Notes under the pieces: model-generated
Told to the model about the DNA's origin: nothing
The model's input: only the letters and a program-made list of their open reading frames with translations
Databases searched by the model: none
Shown: positions 27,007 to 40,313 of the stretch, in pieces
Position numbering within the stretch: the stretch's first letter is position 1
Layout of the letters: every line of letters starts with the position of its first letter
Translations under genes and position numbers: made by a program
Source: Setoptus koraiensis
Lineage: Eukaryota > Animalia > Arthropoda
Assembly: GCA_048013815.1 (NCBI GenBank)
Contig: CM106586.1
Span: 11,346,001 to 11,410,000, forward strand
Direction: 5' to 3'
Length of the DNA: 64,000 nucleotides

Positions 27007-28647
27007 TTGAGAGAAGTTTCGACATTCGACAATCAATCGAATTGAAAACGACATAACATTAGAACCTTATTCTTCCTCACTTTTCATGCAATTGGAGTGA
27101 TTATCTGAGAAGTATCGTGAAATAAAGGTTGTGTGTCACAAATAAAAGAAAGTGTCATCTGCAATCAACATTGTCGGTTGCCATTGTTCGCATCCAAGCT
27201 ACTCAAGCTAGATAATAGGAAGACTGATGATAGTCCCTCAACGTACTGAGAACGTTGCTGAATCATGCCCTACTTGATTTTGATGCATCTAAGTTCTATA
27301 TTTTATATTTGTTTATCCAATAGCGATTGATGGCGATCAGAAAGCATCGATACACTAGGATTATCACCGAAACCAGATATAATTCTAAGCTAATTAATAT
27401 CAATTGATTGATTTTCAAAGATAGTTTAAAATAGCCAACTGAGGTCCGTACACTAATAAATGGGATACGTTTCAATTCGCGGAATTCGAGAACTCGTCCT
27501 ACTTATCAGCGCGCAAAATTTACCAGAAAGGTAGATATGAGCACAGGATGGGCACTACAGTGTCTACAACAATTGGTTCATTATCAACATTTGCCGCGAT
27601 GATATATTCTATTGCTTTGTTATCTATACATCGCATTCGTGGTAGTTGTTGGGGCAGAATAGACAGATTTCCGTTGCTACCTCCAATTGTGGACAATTGC
27701 TATGGTGCCAACAGAGGTCATCTTGCCACCGGAACTACTCCTGTCGTTATTGCGTCGTTGCCTGCATTGCTGATGTTTGATTTAGTGGTGATTAGATGGC
27801 GCCTCTATATCGCAGCGTCGGTTTGTGTGGTCACCGTCTCTTGTGGGCCCTTGCTGATTGTGTCTGATCTATTATGAATACACACAAGGCAGATAATTGT
27901 TGTTTGTTATGGCAGTTACTTCCGAGAAGTGCCCATTGTCGGAACCTTTGACAGTCAAACAAACGCGTTCGCCCTTTTCGGAATATTGCAGGCCGACCGT
28001 GTCGGACGTTGCAGTGGATGTGCTCGATGGCCGTCTAATTTGTGATAGCTAGCTCAGCGGCGCCAATAGATACTCTCCTAATGGTGGTGCATTATAACAT
28101 GCACTGGTGCCTTCGCTGACCGAATGTGTGATTTTGTTCTTCGAAATATGCCTCCAATGTTGCTCATCTATCTAGACCCCTTGCATGGCCGTCTTGAGCA
28201 CGGTTGAACGGCAGCCACAGCGAGCCACGAAATCCGGCAACCAAATGTGTGCAATGTGGCATGCAGAGTTTCTACACAAAGAGCCCAAACACAATCGCCT
28301 CGAACATAGGGTCGAATCTCATGTCGAAGGGGCAATCGTTGGTCGAGAATTATAGAATCGTATGCCAAAATTGTCCTCATCGACGAATCAACTCAACAAC
28401 ATCTCTCTCCGGCTGCCAGAGAAATCTTTCTTTGCTGTGTGCCTGTATCTCTGTTGATTGAGTTAGCTTGAGATGGCTCGAGATTGGCAAATAGACAGAA
28501 CGAAAACCCCAAAAGAACAACAAAAAAAACTTCATGTGTGACTTCCTAACATTATTAGGACGACTTTATTCTCTTTTGGAATCTCCAACAATTAAAAAAC
28601 GCAATGTACCTGTTCATTGTGTTTTGGCCCCCATAAAGACCTTCCAT

Positions 28648-28947
28648 TTAGTGTGCTGCTTCTTCGGCGTCGTCGTCGTCCTCATCGTCGTCGTCGTCTT
28701 CGAAAGTCACTGCCTTGTATGGACAGTCACATACTTTCACGTCTGGACTGTCTGGAGTCACGGCAAATTCTCCAAACCTGTTAGTTTTTTTGCAGCACGC
28801 GTCACAGGCCTCCTCGGAGGTTTCTACAGCGCAGGGCTCGTTGTTGATGCTAGGCTCGATCTGGAAATCGTCGACTTCCTCAACGGGGACGGCCTCCGCC
28901 AACAAAACCAATAATAAAACGGCCGAACAAATTACGAGAACCTTCAT
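28648..28947 (-). CDS. Small secreted cysteine-rich acidic peptide, 99 aa
   Basis: Clear signal peptide MKVLVICSAVLLLVLLAEA and six mature Cys (C-x8-C-x2-CC-x20-C-x-C). Minus-strand TATAAATAG at 29155-29163 and AATAAA at 28565-28570. Confidence 0.85.
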   Translation of the reverse strand: MKVLVICSAVLLLVLLAEAVPVEEVDDFQIEPSINNEPCAVETSEEACDACCKKTNRFGEFAVTPDSPDVKVCDCPYKAVTFEDDDDDEDDDDAEEAAH

Positions 28948-31841
28948 TTTACTTATTGCAGTTTTCTTTTTAGTGGTTGTTAAAAGGAAAATAGTAATTT
29001 TTTTGATGACTTAATTCAAGTTAGATTTAAACAATCTGATTCAACTCAAGTAACGATATAAATGAAGATGTTTTCCCTTAAATAATATCACTAGTGGGAA
29101 TGTTTCGAAGGGATGTCTGAAATTTCGTTTTGTTGGATTGTCGCATATTTTGTTCTATTTATAAAACTGGTCCACCAGTCTGCAACTATTCTCGTCCATT
29201 TTTCCTCTATCGATGAGTCTGACATTTGAAACAAGCAGACAAACAAACGACAGCCATCTAGACAGAAATTTCTATTGTCTCAATGCATGCCATGCCATCG
29301 ATATTATGAGGTTTCATAGAGACAGTGACAATATCTCAACGGAACGTATCTATCAAGCTGGTAGCTGGTGGTGGTGAAAAATATACGCCTATTCACCGAT
29401 TCTAGATGGATTATATTTATAGAATTTCATAGGCTGTCATGTTTTTAGGCACTGTCTGCTTGCCAGGTGACACCATGGAGTGTATTTTTGTCAGAGGCAT
29501 TTGTAGCTTCAAAACATGTTCATTGCAGAGGTATTTCTATCTTCAACACCGAGTTGACTTTGAAAGTTTTAAAACAGCTCATCGGCGAACTACATAGACG
29601 TCGGATGTGCAAAATGCTGTCATTTTATGGCACCTGATATCGACTTTCTCTCTTGAAGTCATGCATTTCCGTCGGATTCCGAATCTTGCCCCTGTTCTTC
29701 GGATGAATGCTCTTTTTCTTTTCGGATTCTCGAACGAATATCTTGTCCGAGCCCTTCATAAAAAATCTGCATGTATTTTCTGTCTGTCCTGGCATCTTAA
29801 TCGTAAAATCCATCAAAAAAAAAACATTCTGAAAGCGCTTTCCTAGAAACGCTTCGGAAATGATTTCCGGCGCCTTCACCCAGAAATCGATTGGAACATA
29901 TTTCGATGAAAATCACGAAATTGAGTGAAAAGAGGGTTTCGGAGAAAATTTTTTCGGTTGATAATGAGTTTTTAGTTAATTCATTATCTACGATTCTTGA
30001 AACCGAAGTTCGGTAGATAGTGCAGTAGACCGATATCATTTTTCACTTCCGCATGATCCGTCGTCGTTGATACGATTTCGTGAGACGCACATACATCGAC
30101 ATGATGCTATCTTGTGGCGACAATTGAAGCTCGCTGAGAATTAGTTGAGTATTCAGCAGGATTGGAAACAGTACACTGTACAAAACACCATGACTATAGG
30201 TTATCCTCTGCCATTGTCTCTGCATTTTTTCAGATAATGATGAAATAATGATCGTTAGCTAGATAACGACAAGTCATTAATTCAGTAGAGGAATGTTCGA
30301 CAGTTCGTCTTTTTCAAGAACCATTGCCCGATATAGCAAACTGGTCATTTCATAATGAGCGATGTGCATATTCAATAATCAATGTTCAGTCTTCCAACAA
30401 TTACAGTAGCAGCATCACAGTAGTCGGAGTAATGTACGGAGCAAGATAATCACACGCAAAATAAGGGGGATTAGTTTAGAAAATTTCGTTTTGTCTTGCG
30501 CTAAGACTAGCTCCTTTTTGTGCAGAAGCTAACTTCTAGATTACGATTGAGGTCCATCGAATATATCGTTACGCTGGATAAGTGAGCGATCGTTTCATTC
30601 TTGGATCATAGAAATGCCCACGATAACTCGGTGATATATGATATCTGTCCTGTTTCGCTTGATGTGATACTAATCTGTGTGTCTAGAGAACGCGACAAGT
30701 TAAACAATTTTTGACATACTTACTTTTGGCGAGCATAGAGGCAAATTAGCAAAGCAAACAATCATGCCAACAGAATAAAGAAATGTTGTAAGCATTCATG
30801 CAAAAGTTGATTAGATTTAACCTCAGCTATAGATTATAGATAAGCTAGATTTTTTAGCATTTCGTTTGTTTTGCTCGAGTGAGCTGATTCTGTTTGTGGA
30901 TAACTTTTAGATGACCATTCTAGTTGCCTCACTAATGCAACAACGAGTACACTTATTCCCTTCGGTCCCTCCCTATCTCCCATCGAATTGAAAGTAATTA
31001 TATTGGTGAACAGCGTTGCCTCATCGCAAGATAAGCTCAATTTATTCTCGGTTACACAGGAATGAAATCGACCTCATTTGCATTGAGCATCACTAATCGC
31101 AATCATGTTGACGCTATGATTTGTGTATCTACTTAATTTGCATACTGATATTTTCATATTCGAGCTATTGCATGTTAACGGATGCCAGTAATTTGTATGG
31201 AGATTGTTTCCATTTTTTCGCTTCCTAAATCACTTACGATGATACCTAGTTCCCAGTTTTCGCAAAGAATTTAAGTGACAGTAATTGGAGATCATTTAGG
31301 CCTACTACAAGGTCACAATTAATGGCCCAACTCTTACATAATAAGCAAGTCATACTATTCTCGCTAAACTACTCCTCTTTTCACAACTATAACTGGAACA
31401 TTCATTAGTAGTGATTGTGAATCATGTCAGCTCTTCACTTTAGTTCCAAATATTTCATCTTTTTCTTCCTTCTTCATGTACGCTACTTTTAAATATGATT
31501 GATTAACAGTACTATGACAAGTCGCTAAATGAAAATTATGCGCTTGATAATCTGCGAACGACACAAGTCAAATCGAGTGAGATTTATCTATTTTTCGTTG
31601 ATCCTTTAAATATCATCTGTTTATTTATTTACACGACGTGATTTTATTTTATTCTAATTTTTTTATTCAACGGTAAGCTTCAGCTTCAGTTTTGCGTATG
31701 AGAAAACAAAATATTCAAATTGGAATATTGGCAAAAGTATATATATATATATATATATATACTATATACGATGGCCCAAAGAGGCATGATTTTACACAAT
31801 TATTCTAGCTTGATGTAGGCCGATTGCAACTGATTGACTGA

Positions 31842-33181
31842 CTATGCCAACATCCGCTGATCTAATTCTTTACCCTTGGACATGTACCTTTGCGCCAAAT
31901 CAACTATGACATCCTTAAATATATATGAGTCCATATTTTTGCCTAATAAATATAATAGAAACCAATCGCCTATTGATGATTTTCGAACTATGATGTGTAA
32001 ATGATTTAATTGTGACATCCTAAATCTTAAATTGAGCATATACACTCTGACAGGTGGACAAGCTATTATTATTAGGCCGAATATCAACATGAAAAATGTT
32101 AATATTGCTAATAATATGAACCAAAACCATAAGAATATGTAAATTTTTTCATTAATTATGTTCAATGGCAGTAGACATAATGCATCTATGGTCTCAATGT
32201 TGGCGGATGGTCCATATTTATAGAATTTACATTTCGTTACGCGTGGAAATATTTTAATCATTGGATCTACTCTCTCTTCTTGGTCCATTTGAGTGAATTC
32301 GATGACATTTAAACCATAACGAAAGAATTCGCCCTCGAAGAATGCATCCAATAAAAACATTTGAGCAACTACATTGACGAATGAGAGACACTCACAAAAA
32401 TAGTATCTGGCCGCGTACCAATCATGATGGCCACTTGAATGATACAAATAATCAACTATAGCCTGTTTCTTCAATGTTAGATCTGGCTCGAAGCCGACGC
32501 CAACATCTAGATGCATTACCACTGCCTCTACTTTACCTGCCTCCCAAAGTTTCCTGAACGATGATTAGTTGGAGTTATGTAATCAAATGGGCTGCATTAG
32601 ATATCCTATCAACATGCCATACTAATGAGTTTGTTTATCTTGGTCAGTACTTACCATAAATATCTTGGAATATAGAAAGTGGCCGCCTGCACAAAGAGCA
32701 CAAAACAGACCCACTGGTAGTACTTGTGATGTTGGAATTCTGAGGGATTGTTTGTGTTGTCCACACCAGGATGGGGAACCTAACGCCATCAACGACAAAA
32801 CAAACATTTTTAGATATTAGGCAAACATCATTAAGAGCGAGTGGTCTGCACAAATAAATACTGAATAATAATTTGATAAAAAAGGAGATCAATTGAACGA
32901 GAGATCTTTGTACCTACATCGACTCCGACCTTCTTGTTGAAAGCCCGAGGTATGCTATAGGTGGTGTGTATCCAACAATAGGTGTTTATTATTGATTTGT
33001 CTATTCCTTCAGCTCGTATGCAATCTATTGGTTCGCCAACATATTGTTTGGTTGTGATAATAATACAAAATGCCATTAATATAATGACTGTCAATGAGTA
33101 ATGCAAACGAAAAATGTTTCCATCTGTATGTATTCTGCTTATTTTTAACAACGATCTCAATGATCTTAAAATGTCCAACAT
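31842..33181 (-). CDS. shakB: Innexin, shaking-B-like; join(33181..32918,32779..32655,32553..31842), 366 aa from the canonical ATG
   Basis: MLDILRS start, FRLHYSLTV, QYVGEPIDC, NTYCWI, YYQWV, LWEAG, FPRVTKC, LPLNIINEKIYIFLWFW and DWFLLYLLG. Both introns are GT-AG and phase-consistent. Paralog assignment is by eye. Confidence 0.93.
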
Positions 33182-36100
33182 CTCTATAGAACTGTGATGT
33201 GGCCAATCAGAGCCAGTGCCACCTCCACCATGAGCAGTATGAATATTTTGGTGATTGATTAAAGCACTACTTAATTTTGAATTATCTATAGCAAGTCCCC
33301 TATTGCCACAGCGACTGATTAGATCGCAATAAGTACGATTCTTGAAATAACGACGGTACCTCAAGTCAATCTGATGCTGTGTTGGATACAAGCCATATAA
33401 TCTTTTTTGATGTAATAATCGTAATTTATTTGCAGTAGGTGATATCTTTACGAGGTTGCAATTCTTTGCTGTTGTTGCCTGTGTTGCTGATGATGATAGT
33501 GGTGGTGGTGGCACGGCTGACGGCAATGGGGCATAGGTAATTCCATTGTGATAAGCTGATTGTTCGGCATAGGCGATAAATCTGTTTGACAATAAAACAT
33601 TGGATAAGACACTTGTTGATTGTGGCACTATTCTTTTGGGGCCGAGTTTGTGATCATGTGACGGATGCTGGTGATGATTATGATGAAGCAAATGATGATG
33701 AGCTAGACTGGATATCAATGTAGGCCTATACAAAATTGGTGACACAATAGAATTGTCGTTGTGGCCATGCCGATGAATGCTCGTAGGTGACGACGACGAG
33801 CCCGATGATGATCTGGCTGCTCGATGATTGTGGTCACTATCCGACTGTTGTTGGCGTTGTCTTTGTTTAATTATTGTCTTATTTGAATTCGCAGCAAGCA
33901 TAACAGCAAGCTACGATTGACTATAGCGCTAATCGCGGCGCTTCGATGCTCATATTAACTGATTGTTGTTGATTATGATGATGCTAACTAGATCATTTGT
34001 GTTGATGTAATGAGGGCACCGTTGTCTGTTGATTCATAGCAGCACACATTATGTACAAAGGTGCGTTTGACACCTTTATAATCTTGCTAACAACATAATT
34101 GACATGATTATATTATTTTAATTTCGACATACACACTTGATTATGCACAATTTAACTGACGAGATTATATTTTGCTTGTCGCTTGCATGGCTTGAACTGG
34201 AGATTTTTATCATTCTTTGCGTTTGATTCTTGTTAACTGTTTGTCGTGTCGTGATTTGATGATCGTCATTGTGCGTTGATGATCATTTCATCCAGTAGCA
34301 ACAACAACAACGCCAACGGCAACAGCAGTAATAATATAATCAAACAAAAAAGAGGATCGAAACGAAACTGAGAAACTAAGCGAAAACATTCAAATGTACA
34401 ATTGCATAATGCAACGAAAACATCGGAGAAACACATAGATAAATACAACTAGCTCATGTACACGTTTCTCTCTATGTCTTGTTGTGTTTGCTTCATCGAA
34501 GTTCAAACCAATTATTTGCCATTTTCTTCTTGCGGTTGCCCCCTCATTCGTTGCCTCTCCTTCTTCTCCTTCTCATGCTAATCATTTGCGGCGTTACATA
34601 GCGCCGACTCGCGACGTTACATAGCGACGATTCCGGCCTGAGATTAACAGCTTGTTTGATGCGTGAACACTTCCATCTTATCCGCCTTTATCCTCTGTCC
34701 TGCCATGTAGCAACGGCGATGATAGCGACGCAACACATGAGATTATTACTACTACTATTATTATTATTATATTTTTCGTTAGATCTAATAATAGTACAAA
34801 TGCTCATATGTCTGTTTGTCTGGCTGTCATTTCAGTCAGTCAGCCAGCCAGTCATGATTAGGTATATATGTCTATCTATCTTTTAATTTGTGTGTGTTCT
34901 AATTTATTTATACATGTAAGTGTGTGTTCTGTGAGAATGTTTGAAAATCATTACTATTATTACTATTGCTGCTGCCGCTAGCGCCGTTGCTTGTTGCACT
35001 TAGTTGGTCGGCTTCTGAATTGATGTTGATTGCTCATGGCACAAATCAAGATACGGATAATAATATGAAGGTTAGGACTTTTTGAAACTTTTAACTCCTC
35101 TTTCTCGCTCGCTTTCTATCCCTCGATTGCTTGCTCGTTTGTTTGTCGAGCGACAAGCCAATGGTAACCTCTGCAACGTTTCCATTATGTGTGCAAATCT
35201 GTCTTGCACTCTTCTTTGTTTCTCTCTTTGTTTTGCTCGTTACTCGTTTGGCTCAGATTGAGGACTTTTCCGATCATTACTATTGTGCGCTACCACTATA
35301 AGCTATAAGCCATAAGTCACAAGCCAAAAGCTATAACTAAATTTTGTCGTCTTGACAGCTCGTCGCATTTAACAATCTACTTTGCCATCCGTAACGTACG
35401 CTATATCGCCCAATTCACTAGTTTGGAAAATCTCACATTAATTCTTTAAGTGTTGTGTAACTATCTATGACAATGAGTTACATATGCCTATCAAGTGAAC
35501 CTTGTGATAAGCATGCTATAGGCTGCTTGTGCGCTAAATGTATTTGCCTTATTTCACTCAATTTCGGAGCACCCGCAATGATGTCTATGTCGTCATTGTT
35601 TTTATTGTTTCACACCAGGTCGCAATATACTAACAAAGACTTGACTGGCAACTTAAAATGAACACGTCGAACCTAGAATGTGGAACGTCTGATGTCAACT
35701 GTCAATCGTCATTCATCAATTTCTGCGAAATGATTGACATATAAAGAGGAAATATCCACCAAAGCACAAACAAACTTTTACTTTGCATAGAAATTTTGTT
35801 CTCTAGCGACAACAAAAAGCACGATAAACTCTGACACAGTGTTGCTCTATCAATTGATTCTTGCCTCAAGATTCTTTGACATTGTTTTCGGTTCATTGAC
35901 TGACTGGCATAACTGTCAACTATTTATTCGGTCTTAACGGCTATGCAAACTGCCGTCTTTGTCCTAGAAAAGCGCGACGGAAATTGATTGAGACATCAAT
36001 CATTTAATCAGAATGGATTGACTTAGTAGATTGACACAAAAGAAAATATTTCTATCGTTTCTTTTGTGCAGAAAATGGACGCCATTTCGTAACCACAGCG

Positions 36101-39053
36101 AATAATTTTTCTCGGTCTACGATCTTGATTGACTTGACATACGAGATTCTATACTCGATCGATTCAGCATCTGAATACATTTTCCATCAATTGAAGACTA
36201 TGCAAAGCGATACAATGTGCACACAATACCCGAAGAAGGACCGAATGAAAGAGTTTTTCAGAGAAAAACGGGGAGAAATTTTATTTTTTCAGCCGCACTA
36301 ATTTCTCATAAATAGCATCAAGATCAACAGTATTTTTCGAAAATTAATGCGTAAACTTCAGCCCTCTGTGCAGAAAATTTATCTCATGGAGATTGAGGTA
36401 CGAATAACCGCAGTTTGAAAAATCTTTTCTCGACGATCTGCATTTCATGAAAATTCGCCCGCCTGACTGCATCGATGGATGGTATATTTTTTAGTCTCTA
36501 GATAACTGGGTGATGACTATTGCAAAATCTAAGAGTCAAAAACACTCGAACAGTAGATTTTCTAGCTTGTACAATTTGTACAAACACACCTATTTATATG
36601 AATACGTTCGTGAAAGGGTAGTTAGCAGTGGCAATGTGAGCGTTACAAATTTTGTTTAGTGAGCGCCATCTATTTTATATTTGTATTTATTTATATATTA
36701 TATTATATCAAATTGTGATCTAAATCGGAGGCGAATGGCCAATCGGAGTTCTGGATCAATATCTAGCATTGCTTCAAGTACTAATAGTCCGAACGACATG
36801 AAGCCGTCTCATTCTCATAGCGTTCTTTAGAAAAAGTTTGACCAAGAGATTCGGAGGTGGGAAGGTTTGAAAAAGTGGTTCGACTTGGGTTATCACCGCA
36901 ACACATGCTCTTTCCGGGCTCTCTAATTTGGGTAAAGTTGAAATTCAGGTCGAGATCAAATGACATCTGCATACTTTTTTCGTGTAGCTAGCGGCCGTTT
37001 GGGATTGCGTTGGCATGGGTCCACTTGGAAGCAAACCTTTGACATTTTTCCATGGATTGGCTTGTAGCGGTGTGCTGGAGGTCAGTATTAGAGTTGTTTA
37101 TCATCAGTTTCTCCTAAGTGCTTGAATACATTAGACATCTCCGGAATATTGATGAAGTGTAGAAGCATCATTGAGTGAGGTAAAATTGACATTATTGGTA
37201 ACTAACTGGCGTTGCTGCGCCACATTGCATTCTGTGTCAGCCGTTATCAATTGGACATAATACATTAAAACACACATCATTGCGTAGATCTAGTGAAGTT
37301 ATAATAAAGGAATGAAGTGAAAGGAGAAACAATAAAGAGATTGCGAATAGATAGAGTGATGAATATACCAGCGTATATACGTAGGCAGCGTAATAGATGG
37401 AGCTACCGTTGCTCAAATATTACGTTACGTTAGTTATATAGTATAGTACGAACCATAGAACTCCAGAGAAACATATCCGTTAATATTGTGCACACGGAGG
37501 GGAAGTCCAGGGCCTGAAGTATTGTAGCGACAAAATACAAAGATTAGCCTAGATTTTAGATTCTCGTACTGTAACTGAAATTCTGGATAAAGTTCAGGAA
37601 ATAGTTCAGTTTGTTTCGTACGCAAGAGTAAATGTTTTTCGATTAAAACTACGTTACTAAATTCATTTGATTTCAATCATGGTTCAACTCTAGTGGCTTT
37701 AATCAAAGAATTCCCCCTCTAGTTTGTACGTTGTTGTTTGTTTCTCATTTTTTTTTGGTTTGCATTCAATTTACCCTATCAAAAATAGCAGACGGATTAA
37801 CTACAACAAATAATACATCAACCAGAACTGCTATGGACACCGCAATCATCCACGGGAGCATCATTTTCTTTCTTTCCTGTTTTGATAGTGGATTTGTCGA
37901 AAAGTGTGGTTGTCAAGTTATTAGTTGGCGGTGGTAACAGTAATATAATTTAGTTACATTGCTATATATGGCACAGACAATGTCCAACTTCCTAACTGAG
38001 CTCGACCCAACTTAAACTTACCAATCTCAATGCAACCACCAATAATAAAGAGCATATCAGGCAAATCGTCGAACATACAAGGCTAAGAATAGCGTATAAT
38101 ATCATTACAGCTAAAATAGCGGAAGAAAAAACGGAAAAGGTTTGTGCCGCAAAAGGGTATACTTATTTGAATTTTAAATCTAAAGCAACCTTTTAATCAG
38201 AAATATTCTAGGTCAAAATGTCTTACCAGAGATTTCCTCACTAACTTTCGCTTGGCTTAACATGAAAATATTAATCATACAATTTGTTGCATAGTAGATC
38301 TGGCCAGAGAAGGTTTTTCATTTGAATTTCAGTTGAGTTTTGGCGGTTTTTCAATGACGATGAGGGTAGACCATGAATGAATAGTTTGAATAAAAGAGCA
38401 AGGAGGAATATAAAGTGTTTTGTTAGTATGTCTGCGTTTCGGATTAAGCAATTGATAGTTGCGACAGCTTAGAATGTCTGATCTGTCAGTGTGAGTATGC
38501 CAGAAAAATGCTAAACGCCAGACGCGATACGGTTTCCCTATTATTTATGTCGATTAATTCAGTTCACAAAGTAACGAACGAGCAGACAGGTAAGCAGTCA
38601 TACAAGAAGACGGAATGAAAAGATACACGAATGCGTCACGAGATAATATGGTTCGTATTATGTGTGAGCATAGATTATTTCATAGGAAAATTTAGTAAAT
38701 TGTCACGCTCTATATGTCCGCTATAGTGCTGCGAGCTGAATCATTGGCCAATCAAAAAACCAAGAAATTCCGCTGTCTCGGCTTGGATGGGTCGATTGAT
38801 TCAATGTAACTGTAGTGCACCTCGTGAACTTCCTGTTAAGAGTGCCTCCTTTACAGTGATCATATTGGTAGGATGGCGTTTATATCATTCGCGGGTACAT
38901 GTCACACCATATCGATGGGGACCGTGAGAGTATGCTCAAGAGTGGACGATATTTCGTGCCTTCGCGAAATGTCGCCCACTCTGATCGAATATAGAAAAGG
39001 TTAGATTATGTTGAACGTGACATAGTGTGACACTTTTCAAAACGAAATCACAC

Positions 39054-39312
39054 CAATGTGCTGGAAAAAACACTTTTTTCCTGTGTAATTATTGTATCAA
39101 CTCGATACTACCAAGGTTCTGCCCATTTTTGCCAGTGGCAAAAAGCGGCCAAAAGTAAAAAATGGCAGAAAATAAAAAATGGTAGAAATTGTGTTAATAA
39201 TGTAAAAAAAGTGACTAAATTATCTAACATACAGATGTCCAGGCAATTTTCTTCACATTATTGACACAATTTTTGCCATTTTTTACTTTATGCCACTCTG
39301 GCAAAAAAAAAA
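39054..39312. mobile_element. Decayed fold-back MITE related to the 40150 element
   Basis: Same left end (CAATGTGCTGGAAAAAAC) and a long imperfect internal palindrome (about 39125-39310). No right TIR or TSD found. Confidence 0.6.
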
Positions 39313-40149
39313 AAAATGACAAGACTGGCTAATAGCCAGTGGCTATTTTCGCCGGAAACTTATTAGTATTCGTGCACCTAAGAAGTCTTAGGTGCAAACA
39401 TAGTTGCTCAACGTTTATTAATGAATTTATCTCTTTGACCGCAGAGTTTGACTTTGCGAACATGGTCTATTACTACCTAACACTCTTATAAGCTAAACGA
39501 AGCTCTTGATTCGCCAGCTCGGTGGAAATCGACTTTACGGTGACGCAGTGTGCTAATGGCTATATCATTACTTGTCTGCGAATCCCTAACTAGACTGGTC
39601 ATTCGATCACAATTATCATCGATCCGAAGTATAGTTCACTTGTTCACTGATTGATCTGAATTCTGAGCTAATATGTGCTAATCTATGCTACTTCTTTGAA
39701 CTAGTGCCAGACAAGACGTCATCGAAACTGCTTTTATGTAGGTGAGTCGTGCATGTAAATTACGACAAACGAGTTACATCAGAGGCAATAGAGCATGAAT
39801 ACAGCCCTTGAGACGGACACGTGTCTGTGTGTCTGGCCAATAGAGAGCCTCTCATCTCGCCCCCTCTCTGAATAATGTCAGTCTGGACTAATCTCAAACC
39901 GCTGAATAATCCTCTTCGTTAGTGCTACATCAAGCACTCTTGCAACAACGTCAATGAACAAACATATATATATATAATCTTTGGGTAGCAATCATGCAAA
40001 AAAGAATTGAACCCATCAAAGGTCTACCCGGGTCGCAAAGGAGACACCTCGGAGTACGCTGGATAGCGGTGCATGTCCCGCGAATCGGGCCGTTCCGGGG
40101 CTTTTGCGCAGCTACCGTGATTCTTCGGCGTGGAACACCGCGAAGCACC

Positions 40150-40313
40150 TAATGTGCTGGAAAAAACTCAAACTTTTTGCCTCTTTTTGCCACTTTAATC
40201 CATAATTTCTTACACTTTTTTACACTTTTTGCCAAAATGACAAAATGACAAAAAGTGTAAAAAACTTTATCACATTTTTTACAGTGATAAAAAACATTAT
40301 TTCCAGCACGCTA
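40150..40313. mobile_element. 164-bp hAT-type MITE
   Basis: 14-bp TIRs TAATGTGCTGGAAA / TTTCCAGCACGCTA (12 of 14 match), flanked by the perfect 8-bp direct repeat GAAGCACC (40142-40149 and 40314-40321). Internal 16-bp inverted repeat. Confidence 0.9.

Noticed and set aside
27548-28461. ORFs of 109, 70 and 85 aa, one with CxxC..CxxC (KCVQCG..VCQNC) suggesting a zinc ribbon
   Set aside because: The CxxC ORF has a non-ATG start with a stop just upstream, I could not build a consistent exon model, and no family was recognised.
29607-30225. Three minus-strand ORFs tiling about 600 bp like a frameshifted pseudogene
   Set aside because: I could not match any of them to a protein family or transposase motif.
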